A stretch of 64,000 nt of DNA from an uncultured Nitrososphaeraceae archaeon. GTDB taxonomy: Archaea; Thermoproteota; Nitrososphaeria; Nitrososphaerales; Nitrososphaeraceae. The position numbers and the translations under genes were made by a program. The DNA lies in contig CAVSMN010000010.1 of the NCBI GenBank assembly GCA_963729045.1, positions 32,001 to 96,000 of the forward strand, in the 5' to 3' direction. Shown piece by piece: positions 22,817 to 33,560 of the stretch (the first letter of the stretch is position 1; each line of letters starts with the position of its first letter). A model generated the notes under the pieces. That model was not told where the DNA came from and searched no databases. It was given only the letters and a program-made list of their open reading frames with translations.

Positions 22817-23029
22817 TTATGCAGTTATCAAATCAAGACTTACACTTCTTCCTGATATTCTATATCTGCTTTTCTTCTCTGATGTGAGGCAATACTTTTT
22901 TGCAAAATGGGTATACAAAATAAATTCATTAGGACTAGTGTTAAGAAAGTAAATCTGATTGAAACCGCTTCTAAAGTATTCTTCAAGTGGTTTTATCAAA
23001 TCTTTTACTGATGTTACTATTAGAGTAGA
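22817..23029 (-). pseudogene. possible C-terminal remnant of an F420-dependent LLM-class oxidoreductase
   Basis: IKPLEEYFRSGFNQIYFLNTSPNE..FAKK resembles the last strand and helices of LLM oxidoreductases (from memory). Confidence 0.35.
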
Positions 23030-23218
23030 CTATTTTAGCGGTTTGTCCTCACTATGTAAATTCACGTATTCTATTATAACTTTCAAATTATTGATTATAT
23101 GATTTTCAAATAACCCTTCTTCTCGCATGTAATCATAAAAATCATTAATAACAGAGGCATTATCTTTACTATTTAGTAGATCAATCTTTTTTAAAAGAGT
23201 AGAAATCTTAATGGACAT
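23030..23218 (-). pseudogene. tyrosine integrase N-terminal fragment (copy 2) next to tRNA-Gly
   Basis: MSIKISTLLKKIDLLNSKDNASVINDFYDYMREEGLFENHIINNLKVIIEYVNL, starting 160 bp from the tRNA 3' end. Confidence 0.65.
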
Positions 23219-23378
23219 TACCTTTTCAGACTCTTCCAGTTTGAAAATATCTTATAAGTGAGTATCTAAAACACAAGTAGCTCTTGTAAATTCGAAAGAT
23301 ATATTAGGGTTCATTAACTTCCTTCCTTCAATTTATATTTTGCATAACAAGTATATGAATTCCCATTCCTATACATTA

Positions 23379-23504
23379 TGCGGTCACCGGGATTTGAATT
23401 CCCGCCACGTCTTTATTAAAAGACATAGTCCCGGGTTACGGGCTTTCTCCATATGAAATTATATATGGAAGGCCAGTGTCCTAACCAAACTAGACGATGA
23501 CCGC
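23379..23504 (-). tRNA. tRNA-Gly(TCC) with two introns (37/38: 23445-23465; 53/54: 23399-23429)
   Basis: The spliced sequence GCGGTCATCGTCTAGTTTGGTTAGGACACTGGCCTTCCAAGCCCGTAACCCGGGTTCAAATCCCGGTGACCGCA folds as a cloverleaf; both introns form BHB motifs. Confidence 0.92.
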
Positions 23505-23589
23505 AACACAAATTCTTTATTTTATTCTGATATTAAACTTTTCCAATATCATCATATCCGGCTAAAGAAAAGTTAATATTGATAATTTC

Positions 23590-24114
23590 TTACTTCCTTT
23601 TATTAGAAAAAATATAGTTTAGGAGGGTGTCTATTGCTTTATTGGTTAATTTATGCTTATAATAGTTGGATCCTTTTTTTGGTTCCTCAGTTAGTTTATC
23701 TTTTTGTATAACCTCATATGGTCTATGATCTAGTGCACCCTCAAAATGAACTTTGAATTTCTTGAGTTTTGAAACCACAATTGAATCAAAAACTTCCTTT
23801 TGCCAAACTGACCCTATAAAATAAATGGTTGGTGGGTTTGTAAGACTAGTCATTTTAAAGAGAACGTTATTGATAACAGCTTCAATAGTTTTAGAATTAT
23901 TATCATTTTCTATATATTGCTCAGAAATACCGCCAGCTAGCAAGCGATCGGTAATAACTCGGGTATATTCATTTTTTGATATCAAAATTACAGAGGTGTT
24001 AAACTTGTCAGGTTTAGATTTCATTATGATATTGAATGTTTGGATGCATAATGCAATTCTTCCAGTGACAAAATCAGGAAGTGATTCATAGACTGTATTA
24101 TTGGCAGACTTCAT
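23590..24114 (-). CDS. hypothetical protein
   Basis: 174-aa ORF with globular composition. Confidence 0.6.
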   Translation of the reverse strand: MKSANNTVYESLPDFVTGRIALCIQTFNIIMKSKPDKFNTSVILISKNEYTRVITDRLLAGGISEQYIENDNNSKTIEAVINNVLFKMTSLTNPPTIYFIGSVWQKEVFDSIVVSKLKKFKVHFEGALDHRPYEVIQKDKLTEEPKKGSNYYKHKLTNKAIDTLLNYIFSNKRK

Positions 24115-24272
24115 CGCCTATTTCACTATTTGGGAGGCCATCCCGATTAAAATTACAATATAATAGTATCAGATTACCGTAAGTAAAAGCATTATCAGAC
24201 AATTTGATAATATGATACATACTTACAAATTTATAGATAACGAAAATCAAAAATATGAGATTAAGTTGATCT

Positions 24273-25046
24273 TTATTTTACTAATTGGTATTTAGATCGA
24301 TACCCCCTCGGATTTATCATCATATCATCATAATTATACGAAGATGAATTTCCTATAATAATCGTAGTTATCATGCCCATCATATCAGGATATTCTAACA
24401 TTTTGTCTAAATTAGTAAGAACAATTGACTGACTGTCTCTAAACGCACCTTTTACTATTGCAACTGGAGTTTCGGGGCTCCTGTGTTTTAGAAAAATATT
24501 TCGTGCATCCTTAAGTTGGTGAATTCGTTTTTTACTAGATGGATTATACACAACAGTAACGAAGTCTCCTAGAGCAGCAGCTTCAACTCGTTTAACGATA
24601 ATTTCCCACGGTACCAGGAGGTCACTCATGCTCACAACTGCAAAATCGGTCATCAATGGGGATCCAATAAGTGCGCTGCATGAATTCAGAGACGAGACTC
24701 CAGGTACACATTCAACATCAATTCCTTTGCCTTTTTTCCATCCCTTTTCAGCAAGGATTTCATATATCAAACCTACCATTCCATATATTCCAGGATCTCC
24801 TGATGAAACTAGCGATACGATGCCCCCTTTTTCAGCGAAATCTATGGCTTGATTAGCCCGATCTACTTCCTGAGTCATCGGATATCTGTAGACTTCTTTA
24901 CCGTTAATGAGATCTTCTACTAAGGATACATAGGTTTCATAACCCACGATGATTTGGCTTTCTTCAATTACCTGTTTAGCGCGAAAGGTCATATGATCAT
25001 GATGGCCTGGCCCTACTCCCACAACATATAATTTTCCTGAACTCAT
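24273..25046 (-). CDS. cobJ: precorrin-3B C17-methyltransferase
   Basis: LYVVGVGPG, VSSGDPGIYGM, YNPSSKKR, MINPRGY. Confidence 0.95.
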   Translation of the reverse strand: MSSGKLYVVGVGPGHHDHMTFRAKQVIEESQIIVGYETYVSLVEDLINGKEVYRYPMTQEVDRANQAIDFAEKGGIVSLVSSGDPGIYGMVGLIYEILAEKGWKKGKGIDVECVPGVSSLNSCSALIGSPLMTDFAVVSMSDLLVPWEIIVKRVEAAALGDFVTVVYNPSSKKRIHQLKDARNIFLKHRSPETPVAIVKGAFRDSQSIVLTNLDKMLEYPDMMGMITTIIIGNSSSYNYDDMMINPRGYRSKYQLVK

Positions 25047-25225
25047 TACAAGATATTAATCGTCTGCATTCATTTATTTACTTTCTTTTCTTCAAATTAA
25101 TTGAGCATATCTTTGAATCATATGAAGATTAATGAGATAATTTAATTACATCTATTTGGAAGAATGAAATAATTAAATTCGAATACCCTAATCTGTCAAA
25201 TATGTTGCCAATACGATAAAATAAA

Positions 25226-26638
25226 TCAAACTGCCTTACCTAAATTAAATTCCTTATATAATGATCTTACTGCTTTTTCACAATCATCATCCCTTACAAT
25301 GAATGCCAGGTTCAATTCCGAAGACCCCTGAGCTATCATTATCACATTGACATCTTCTTTTGCTACGGAGGAAAAAACTCTACCTGCAATTCCCTTGATT
25401 CCACGCATACCGGAACCCACCACAGTAACTATCGAAACATCCTCTAATACATTTAGATGTTTTATTACCTTTCCCAATAATTTCAACTCCAGGGATGTTA
25501 TGGCCTTGCCCAAATCATCCTTTCTCAATACCATAGAAATACTTGATTCAGACGGACCTTGAGATATCATCATTATATTTACTTTATTCTTTGCCAATGT
25601 ATCAAAAATGTTTGCAGCCGTTCCAGGTGATCCCACCATTCCACCACCGCTAACGTCTATCAATGCAGTATTTCTTATTGCGATTATGGATTTAATGATA
25701 TTATTAGATATTCTCAAATTTTGAGTTATTGTAGTCCCAGGGTGAGATAAATTAAATGCATTTCTTATTTTCAGTGGGATATTTGAATCCATTACTGGCT
25801 CCAAAGCTCTTGGATGAATATATTTTGCTCCGAATAGGACCATCTCAGCTGCTTCGCTATAAGATATCTCATCAAGTACCTGTGCATCTTTTACGATCAA
25901 AGGCTCTGCAGTTAATAATCCATCCACGTCACTCCATAAATATACCTCGTCCGCATTAATACAGGAAGCTATTATCGTGGCAGTATAATCAGAACCACTT
26001 CGACCCAAGGTGGTAATATATCCATGCTGGTCTGCTGCTATGTACCCAGTAATTACAGGAATTTTTCCTGCTAGAATCAATGGGATCAGTTTAGCATTTA
26101 CTCTGAACTTTGTGGTATTCATCAAAGGTCTTGCTTCACCAAAATTAGAATCCGTGACGATACCAATCTCTTTTCCAGTAAGAAAATCAGAATTCAAGTT
26201 GTTATTTCGTAACGAATAACTTACAATTGGAGCTGCTAATCGTTCTCCAAATGATAACATATGGTCCAAAGACCTTGGTGTAATTTCAGAAATGAAAACC
26301 AATCCCTCTAAAATGGCTTGGAATTCTTTCAAAATATCCAAGATTACGTTTTTGGCTTCTGCTTGCAATTTCCGATCGGTTATAGTATTTTCAATTAAAT
26401 CAATATGAAGAATGGTCATTTCATCTATGAATGTCTTTATCGCACTCCTTTTTCCCTTTATTATCAGTTCAGAAAGCATGATAATTTTATCTGTTACTCC
26501 AGAGATAGCTGATATTACACAAACAATTTCATTATCTTTTCCTTTCAAGTTTTTAAAAGAATGTACAATATTTACAAGAGTCTTTATTTTTGACGATGAG
26601 TCTAAGACCGACCCTCCGAACTTCATTATTATTCTCAT
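25226..26638 (-). CDS. lysC: aspartate kinase
   Basis: MKFGGS, TLGRSGSDYTA, WSDVDG, two ACT domains. Confidence 0.95.
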   Translation of the reverse strand: MRIIMKFGGSVLDSSSKIKTLVNIVHSFKNLKGKDNEIVCVISAISGVTDKIIMLSELIIKGKRSAIKTFIDEMTILHIDLIENTITDRKLQAEAKNVILDILKEFQAILEGLVFISEITPRSLDHMLSFGERLAAPIVSYSLRNNNLNSDFLTGKEIGIVTDSNFGEARPLMNTTKFRVNAKLIPLILAGKIPVITGYIAADQHGYITTLGRSGSDYTATIIASCINADEVYLWSDVDGLLTAEPLIVKDAQVLDEISYSEAAEMVLFGAKYIHPRALEPVMDSNIPLKIRNAFNLSHPGTTITQNLRISNNIIKSIIAIRNTALIDVSGGGMVGSPGTAANIFDTLAKNKVNIMMISQGPSESSISMVLRKDDLGKAITSLELKLLGKVIKHLNVLEDVSIVTVVGSGMRGIKGIAGRVFSSVAKEDVNVIMIAQGSSELNLAFIVRDDDCEKAVRSLYKEFNLGKAV

Positions 26639-26781
26639 ATCAACGAATTACATGGTTTATTAACTAATGGGATTAATAGAGTATTCTAAACCCAAAATTT
26701 GAATATATTAGTCTCGGATAATAACCAATGAGAACATTTGAAATATAGTTACAGCCGAGACATTTTTCGTCCTAATCTAAT

Positions 26782-27543
26782 CTAATCCTGGACTCGTGGT
26801 GCTAAATAAAAATGAATTCTACCGATGTTGGCGATCCTAAATTCAAGACGTATTGGCATCTTTGTAGAATATTCGATAGCAGCTGACACACCAACAGAGC
26901 TCACCGATTTTACAATTTTCAAAAGATAGTCAAGACTATAAGTTGCCTTTGATTCTTCCTTTACATTGATCTCTTCCAATCCTTCGCTGTTTGGTTCCAT
27001 CGTAACAACAGCTTCTCCCGTATCACTTTTACCTACAAACTCAATCCTATCAGGATAGGATTCAATTTCAACGTATTCTGATACGACCTCTATATCAGAA
27101 AGGATCTTATCAAACGAAGATAAAGAAAGCAGGAGTTTGGAATTAAATGACAGTTTTGGTAACGGTGTAGATACTGTTGTACTCTCTATGAGACGCATTT
27201 TGTATTCTCTTTTGTAACTACCCATCGTTTTTATCCTCAAGACATCTTCATCAATGATGGACACTTCCAATTCATCTTTCTTGTCTGTTCGTTTTATCAA
27301 TTTTGAAAATTCAGAAATCCGGACCCCAAATTTTAACTCAGAATCGCATTTATAACTTTCAAATGCAGTATTGGGCCAAAAAATATCAATTAATGCTACA
27401 TGAGATGGGTCCATTCCCCTGAAGGAAATCCCCTCCGAAGTGGCTTCAAATGTGGCTTCATCTACGAGAGTAGATATAGCTGAATTAACAACCTTCCATT
27501 CTTCTGGAGACTTTGTTTTCGCTTCAAACATCAAATTAATCAA
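26782..27543 (-). CDS. pcn: PCNA sliding clamp
   Basis: GMDPSHVALID, FYLAPRV. Confidence 0.97.
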   Translation of the reverse strand: MINLMFEAKTKSPEEWKVVNSAISTLVDEATFEATSEGISFRGMDPSHVALIDIFWPNTAFESYKCDSELKFGVRISEFSKLIKRTDKKDELEVSIIDEDVLRIKTMGSYKREYKMRLIESTTVSTPLPKLSFNSKLLLSLSSFDKILSDIEVVSEYVEIESYPDRIEFVGKSDTGEAVVTMEPNSEGLEEINVKEESKATYSLDYLLKIVKSVSSVGVSAAIEYSTKMPIRLEFRIANIGRIHFYLAPRVQD

Positions 27544-27592
27544 CTAAAACAACAATCATCTATAAATTCCAATGGGATATCTAAAATCGTTC

Positions 27593-27937
27593 TTAAGAAT
27601 AATTTCTCCAAGTGTGACTGCATTTTGTACACCGATAGAATTGAGTTGTGGCTTCATCAGCAGACCTTGTCTGCAACATCCACCAAAATGCCATATTATT
27701 AAGGCACTTTGGGCATTCCATATTGGTTGTAGGCAGTGCCTCGATAGGTTTTTCAGAGTCCATTATCTTTAGAGGATCATCAGAATAATCATAATTAGAA
27801 ACAGTTTGGATCACACTTGCAGTGTTAGTCGTACCATTTGTCTCACTCGCCACTATGTGTCCACATTTTAGGCATGTTAGGACTTTTTCCTCTTGTCTAT
27901 TCCTTAAACGTGCATCGCATTTTGGACAAAACTTCAT
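27593..27937 (-). CDS. tfs: transcription factor S
   Basis: MKFCPKC..C..C and CPKC..QTRSADE..FYRCTKC. Confidence 0.95.
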   Translation of the reverse strand: MKFCPKCDARLRNRQEEKVLTCLKCGHIVASETNGTTNTASVIQTVSNYDYSDDPLKIMDSEKPIEALPTTNMECPKCLNNMAFWWMLQTRSADEATTQFYRCTKCSHTWRNYS

Positions 27938-27956
27938 TTACTAGTTATCACCGCAT

Positions 27957-28235
27957 TCAATTTCCTATCGTGAGCTTCAACATGCCGGCAAGATCATTTG
28001 TAAATTTAATAGCTGACTCTACGGATTCACCCAGTGCCTTGTATGGCTCGTTCTTATTGGTTAGTATCTTTAACATGTATTCTTTGATTAGAGGATGCTT
28101 TAATACAACACCCGCGAATCTGTTATCAGCATTCTTTTGTAGTTCATGTTGAATTATATACAAAATAGATATATCTATGTCATGTATTTTAAATTCTAAT
28201 TCTTTGTCCCTAGCATGTGTAACCTCAGCATGCAT
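27957..28235 (-). CDS. rpoL: RNA polymerase subunit L (Rpo11)
   Basis: FAGVVLKHPL; conserved rpoL-tfs-pcn order. Confidence 0.9.
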   Translation of the reverse strand: MHAEVTHARDKELEFKIHDIDISILYIIQHELQKNADNRFAGVVLKHPLIKEYMLKILTNKNEPYKALGESVESAIKFTNDLAGMLKLTIGN

Positions 28236-28350
28236 ATATAAAAGACAACTACATATTGAGGATATAAATGATACCTTCTCAGTATCTAAATTGGACGAAA
28301 ATGAAAGTCGAATCAGTGCTTTAATCTTGAGAGGAGCACAGGAAAGGCCA

Positions 28351-28806
28351 ATGAATGAGAAATTGTATATATTGACCTTAAGTTTTTCCCTTGAGGGATT
28401 TATCCGACAAGTATTAACGCAGAAGAATTGGGAAAAAGCTTATAATAAACACGATAATTCACTGAGACTCACTATCAAACTAGACATCAAAAATAATGGA
28501 AAAATTATTGAATCAATAAAATTAATAAGAAAAGCTATTTTTTTCTGGACCAGAAATCCAAAAATTGATCATAGGATTTGGATTATGATAGTTAAAGATG
28601 ACACTCCATTTTATCCATTGGAGGAGGAAGAAGCTAGACAGTTGTTGTTTGATTTTAACAAGGATATAGAAATAAAGCCTGATGCTCTAAGAAAAGGTAA
28701 GAACAACCTTACAGTATTGGTGGAATTGTCATGGGGTAAGCATGAATTCATAGAGAAGAACAGTTTGAAAAAAGAATCAAACATCCAACAAATAGACAAT
28801 GACTAG
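28351..28806 (+). CDS. conserved thaumarchaeal hypothetical protein
   Basis: RKAIFFWTRNPKIDHRIWIMIVKDDTPFYP..LLFDF; start moved to ATG28351 because the tracked start overlaps rpoL. Confidence 0.75.
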   Translation: MNEKLYILTLSFSLEGFIRQVLTQKNWEKAYNKHDNSLRLTIKLDIKNNGKIIESIKLIRKAIFFWTRNPKIDHRIWIMIVKDDTPFYPLEEEEARQLLFDFNKDIEIKPDALRKGKNNLTVLVELSWGKHEFIEKNSLKKESNIQQIDND

Positions 28807-28859
28807 ACCTACTAAGCAAAATAATTTAATTTAAATATCACATATAATTGCCATCTACT

Positions 28860-29006
28860 ATGGCTAAATTTGATGGTATCAAAGGACAAGAACTCTTAGA
28901 TGTTGAAGAGAAAGACAACGAATTGACATTAATTTTCAAAGACAACAGGTTCTTATTTGTAAAAACAGAAAACGGAAAATTGATAATTGATTCGGTACCA
29001 GAGTGA
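28860..29006 (+). CDS. small hypothetical protein (48 aa, below the ORF-track cutoff)
   Basis: MAKFDGIKGQELLDVEEKDNELTLIFKDNRFLFVKTENGKLIIDSVPE*. Confidence 0.7.
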   Translation: MAKFDGIKGQELLDVEEKDNELTLIFKDNRFLFVKTENGKLIIDSVPE

Positions 29007-29054
29007 CAGGCAAGGTAACTTATCTTAGGCCCCATGGCTTGAATTGTAATAAAA

Positions 29055-29411
29055 TCAATTTATTTCAACTAAAATTTTCTCTTCATTCAGATGAATTTTG
29101 TATATTTTAAGATCGTCAGAATGTCTCCATTGTTCATTTTGTTCAATCCAAGTTTCATCCTTTTTCCATGACTTCATGTTTTCCAGTTTGCCTGTAAAAA
29201 TATTATATTCGTATCCGTGCATATAACAAACTACATTATCTCCAAGGAAGCTTCCCTTGGATAATGACGCACCTTTATGTGGGCACCTATTGTTAAAAGC
29301 ATATACCCGATTGTTTCTTTTTCCAATCAAAATCTCTTCTCTTTCTATCGTGATTTTCTCAAAGGAATTTTCCTTTAATTCGTTCAATTTCAAACCGGTA
29401 TCAAAAATCAC
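29055..29411 (-). CDS. Rieske [2Fe-2S] ferredoxin
   Basis: CPH..(x)..CYMH. Confidence 0.9.
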   Translation of the reverse strand: MIFDTGLKLNELKENSFEKITIEREEILIGKRNNRVYAFNNRCPHKGASLSKGSFLGDNVVCYMHGYEYNIFTGKLENMKSWKKDETWIEQNEQWRHSDDLKIYKIHLNEEKILVEIN

Positions 29412-29477
29412 GAATACAATTGAAAAAATCCTATTTATAAATTGATCAAAGTTTTGTATGTCGATAAAATAAAAAAA

Positions 29478-29750
29478 TTAGAGTATTGGTTTTGTCATGG
29501 TTATTGATTCTGTCATTTGTTTATACAGTATCAGAAAGCGTCTTCCTTTTTCAGTCATCTTATAAATTTGAGCCCCATCATCATAAATGATCAAGTCGTT
29601 TTTCATAAGGTTAGATAAGTATTCTTTCATTTGGAGAAACGAAAGATATACTTTGTACATGATTTTAGCCTGTATCGCACCATTGTCACCTACTGTTTCA
29701 AGGATCATTGCTATAATTTCTAGGCGGCTTCTATTTTTCATTTTATCCAA
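29478..29750 (-). CDS. winged-helix transcriptional regulator
   Basis: RSRLEIIAMILE..AKIMYKVYLSFLQMKEYL..YKMTEKG. Confidence 0.9.
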   Translation of the reverse strand: MDKMKNRSRLEIIAMILETVGDNGAIQAKIMYKVYLSFLQMKEYLSNLMKNDLIIYDDGAQIYKMTEKGRRFLILYKQMTESITMTKPIL

Positions 29751-30222
29751 ATTATTAAGAAATTTAAAAAATAAAAACGGAGCAATACTAAGACCAATAG
29801 ATATCTTTTAGTGATTTTTTAGCTTTGATGGTATTGATAATATAATATAGATGATACTAATCATTCAAACAAGCAGTTTAATATTAAAAAGATGGCAATT
29901 AGGAATTTAACTAGGAGAATGAACGTAAACCTACTGGAAAAAAATTAACGATTCCTACATTTAACCTAATCTTTCTTCCTTATTAACAAACAGAGAAAAC
30001 AATTTGTTAAGCCTGGGAGGAAAGGTGTGTTGGTTAGTAAGTACCGAATAAACAAAGGCTCTGTATAAAAGACATATGCAACGCATATTTGTATTGTGAG
30101 CATGGATATAGATTGCTACAATATTTCAAACCGACGTAGAGTCTGATACGCTGAAGACCCTCATTACTAACTCAATGCCACAGAGCAAAGATAAATAAAA
30201 TATTTCAGTAACAAAACATGTA

Positions 30223-31533
30223 TTGTTTAAGCGGATCGCAGATTTAAGAACAGAAGATAACATAGGAAAGACCATTTTATTAAGAGGCTGGATCCATAGA
30301 CTACGAAAGCAGAAAGAAAAAACCTTCATAATATTAAGAGATGATAGAGGAGATATTATTCAAGCTATATGTCCTTCTAAATTATGCGAGGATTTGATGA
30401 TCGAATCTTCCATAGAAATACAAGGAAAATTGGAAAAAGATCCAAGAGCAATTGAAGGTGGATACGAGGTAAAAGTGGACAAAATATTGATTTTCAATAT
30501 AGCCAATGCAGACTATCCTATAGGAGAGTATCAGAGTGACGAAATCCTACTTGATTTTAGACATTTGTCACTAAGGACAAGAAAAATGATAAATGTTGGA
30601 AAACTACGAAATTCATTATTAAAATACTCCAGAGAATGGTTTGCTAAAGACGATTGGATGGAAGTAACTCCACCAATACTTGTTCAGAGCTCTGTAGAGG
30701 GAGGGTCCACGCTATTTGAGGTGAAATATTTCAATGAAAAAGCATACTTGTCTCAAAGTTCTCAACTATACCTCGAGTCAATGATTTACTGCTTAGGTCC
30801 TGTATGGACCATTAGCCCCTCCTTTAGAGCAGAAAAGTCAAGGACCATAAGACACTTGGCAGAATTCACCCATTTAGAAGCAGAAGCACCGTGGATAAAT
30901 ATGACCGATCTTATCACCATTCAAGAGAAACTAATATTCAGCATTATAACTCAGATCAGGGAACATAATAAGAAGGAACTAGAGTTTTTGAATACTGCTG
31001 CAATAAAAAAATTAAATGAAATTTCAATCCCATTTGAAAAAATAACTTATGACAGAGCAATAGATAATTTGAGATCCCTAGAATGCAGAATCCGAGATCA
31101 TGATGGGAAAGATAGGCTGATTGAATGGGGAGACGATCTAAATCTTGAATCAGAAAGAGAACTAACAAAGGATAGATCTAATCCGATATTTGTAACAAAT
31201 TATCCTTTAAGCATAAAACCCTTTTACGTTAAACAAGATCCGTTAAATGAGAAGACAGGATTGGCGGTAGACCTTTTGGCTCCCCAAGGATATGGCGAGA
31301 TTTCAGGAGGGGGGATTAGAGAAGACAACCTTGAAAAATTAACAAACAGGATAAGAGAGACAAACCTAAATCCAAATGATTATTCATGGTATTTGGATCT
31401 TAGAAAATACGGGTCAGTACCGCATGGTGGATTCGGTCTAGGCTTGGAGAGACTGCTGAGATGGATATTAGATTTTGACGACATCAAAAACGTGACATTA
31501 TTTCCGAGAACGATGGCGAGGATCTTACCCTAA
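30223..31533 (+). CDS. asnS: asparagine--tRNA ligase
   Basis: YLSQSSQLYLE, FRAEKSRTIRHLAEF, GYGEISGG, WYLDLRKYGSVPHGGFGLGLER. Confidence 0.88.
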   Translation: MFKRIADLRTEDNIGKTILLRGWIHRLRKQKEKTFIILRDDRGDIIQAICPSKLCEDLMIESSIEIQGKLEKDPRAIEGGYEVKVDKILIFNIANADYPIGEYQSDEILLDFRHLSLRTRKMINVGKLRNSLLKYSREWFAKDDWMEVTPPILVQSSVEGGSTLFEVKYFNEKAYLSQSSQLYLESMIYCLGPVWTISPSFRAEKSRTIRHLAEFTHLEAEAPWINMTDLITIQEKLIFSIITQIREHNKKELEFLNTAAIKKLNEISIPFEKITYDRAIDNLRSLECRIRDHDGKDRLIEWGDDLNLESERELTKDRSNPIFVTNYPLSIKPFYVKQDPLNEKTGLAVDLLAPQGYGEISGGGIREDNLEKLTNRIRETNLNPNDYSWYLDLRKYGSVPHGGFGLGLERLLRWILDFDDIKNVTLFPRTMARILP

Positions 31534-32270
31534 AGTCGAATTTACGATCATAAATTCTCTCCTTTTTTCCCTCATTATAGAGTAAATATTGGATTCATAG
31601 TCAGATAATTTTTTGATGGTGGCAACCCTTTCGATTCTGGAAATGTCAGCCCCCCCGGCGCGCGATCGAAGATTGTAAGAATTGGATAGAGTCATCATGA
31701 CTTTTTCTATCAACAAAATAGTGGAAACCACCCTTTCCTCTTGGACAAAAGAATTCTTAGCTGGAACTTTCCATGAAAATTTCGTCCCAAAATTAACCCT
31801 GCTATTAACGCTAGTGCTCTGCTCTAAGTGTAGCTGGACCACCACCTTTGATAGAGATGAATTCCTAGTAATTTGATGGTGGTACAACATATAATTTACG
31901 CATGCTCGCCCAGTCAACATTTTTTGGCATGATAGGGTGAACAGGATATTCATTACTTTTAGGATTAATCAAAACAAGGCAATTTGGAGTTGGATATAGG
32001 ACCGTTCGCACCACCACTTATCGATCGTATTATCCTTTTTTGGCCAATAGTTGATTAACAGATGAAAGGATCGATACAATTTCGATCGTCATTTAGTATC
32101 AGCAACTGTTTTTTGACTTTCCGTTGGATCTATAGCGGTCACTGCCAGTATATTATTACTATTAATAACATACCAATAATTCCTGAATGCGGTTAGGTCA
32201 CAAAACTACCTTTCTGATGTTCTGAAAACCATTGATAACGTCTAGTAATGATGCCATAATTTACCAACAT
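31525..32270 (-). CDS. conserved thaumarchaeal hypothetical protein (several frameshifts)
   Basis: ATG32270 MLVNYGIITRRY/FRNYWYVINSNNILAVTAIDP/KKRIIRSISGG joins the tracked ORF 31525..31953. Confidence 0.6.
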
Positions 32271-32367
32271 AGCAATTTAAGCTAATTGATATAATCATCT
32301 GGGCAACAAATATGATATCAAATAATGGGATAAAATAATATTATATTGTGCTATTAATAAAACAAAG

Positions 32368-33528
32368 ATGCATCTTACGCGAGATGAGGAGAAAGGATTG
32401 TCCGGAGAATACGGCGAGGCTACTTCGGCTGCTTACAGGATATTAGTAGCAATAGGAGAAGCAACAGATGCAGAAAAGCTTGTACCCATCAAATGGGCAC
32501 ATGTTTCAGGAGTTAACTACAATACTATCGGAGATAGTGGATTAGAATTTTTAAGAGAGATTAGCAAAGATGGAAAAGTAAGGGTAAATACATCACTTAA
32601 CCCGATGGGCTTTGATAGAGAAAACCTACCAGAATTATCGCCTGAATTTATCGAAAAACAGTTTGAAATAGCAAGGGCGTATGAAAAGATCGGAGTCATA
32701 CCAACCTTTTCATGTATTCCATACGAAATTTTACCTATACCACAAGAAGGTGCCCAAGTGAGCTTTGCTGAAAGCAGTGCGGCTGTATTGGCTAATTCAC
32801 ACCTGAATATTATTACAAATAAAGAAAGCGCTTTAAGTGCATTAGCCAGCGCATTAACCGGAAAATCCCCTTATTCGGATTTGAGGATTGATAAAAACAG
32901 ATCACCAATGGTTGAAATAGTTAACGAGACGGATTTAGAAAATGAACTTGATTATGGACTATTGGGATATTTTACAGGAAAGACAATTCAAAAGAGTTGT
33001 ACCGGCATTTGCAATATCTCCGAAAATACCGATATGTGGAGTTTGAAGTCACTCGCCGCGGGAATAGGAACCTCTGGTTCCTGCGGAATGTTTCAATCCA
33101 AAAAACCATCTAAATTCATCGAAAAAGTAAATTATGGAAAAAGAGAAATGAATGAGACTAGAGACGAATTGAATACCTCAGAGGATGGTCAATTAATCAC
33201 TTTTGGGAGTCCTCAGCTTGGCATTGAAGAGATGAGTAAAATTCAAACATTAGTTGATGGAAAGAAATTCACTAAACCCTGTAAGATCTTTTGTCCAAAA
33301 TCAGTATTTTGCAAGGCCAAACAATATGGAATTATCGACTCATTACAGAAATCAGGAGTAGAATTTATTTCTGATGCGTGTACCTGCTTAACACCTCTCA
33401 TAAATAAGAAAAATTACGATAGTATAATTACTAACAGCGTCAAGGCATCATATTATATGAAAACATCAAATAAGGTTTCAGTAGCTTTAAAGAGCCTTAA
33501 ATCAATAATCAAAGAATATACGGTATAA
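32368..33528 (+). CDS. aconitase X catalytic subunit (phosphomevalonate dehydratase large subunit)
   Basis: MHLTRDEE, HVSGVNYNTIGD, SCIPY, GSPQ, DACTC, TNSVKA. Confidence 0.9.
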   Translation: MHLTRDEEKGLSGEYGEATSAAYRILVAIGEATDAEKLVPIKWAHVSGVNYNTIGDSGLEFLREISKDGKVRVNTSLNPMGFDRENLPELSPEFIEKQFEIARAYEKIGVIPTFSCIPYEILPIPQEGAQVSFAESSAAVLANSHLNIITNKESALSALASALTGKSPYSDLRIDKNRSPMVEIVNETDLENELDYGLLGYFTGKTIQKSCTGICNISENTDMWSLKSLAAGIGTSGSCGMFQSKKPSKFIEKVNYGKREMNETRDELNTSEDGQLITFGSPQLGIEEMSKIQTLVDGKKFTKPCKIFCPKSVFCKAKQYGIIDSLQKSGVEFISDACTCLTPLINKKNYDSIITNSVKASYYMKTSNKVSVALKSLKSIIKEYTV

Positions 33529-33560
33529 GCTAGCTTGGAATCACTTTTAAAGCAATAGAG

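Larger units (their letters stand above)
3386..23398. mobile_element. putative degenerate integrated element/genomic island at the tRNA-Gly 3' end
   Basis: Bounded by the tRNA-Gly 3' exon and a degenerate copy of it; integrase remnants at both ends; low coding density and decayed genes inside. Confidence 0.5.

Noticed and set aside
30223..31533. AsnRS as an unusual acquisition
   Set aside because: It sits in ordinary core context and nothing in the sequence suggests recent transfer
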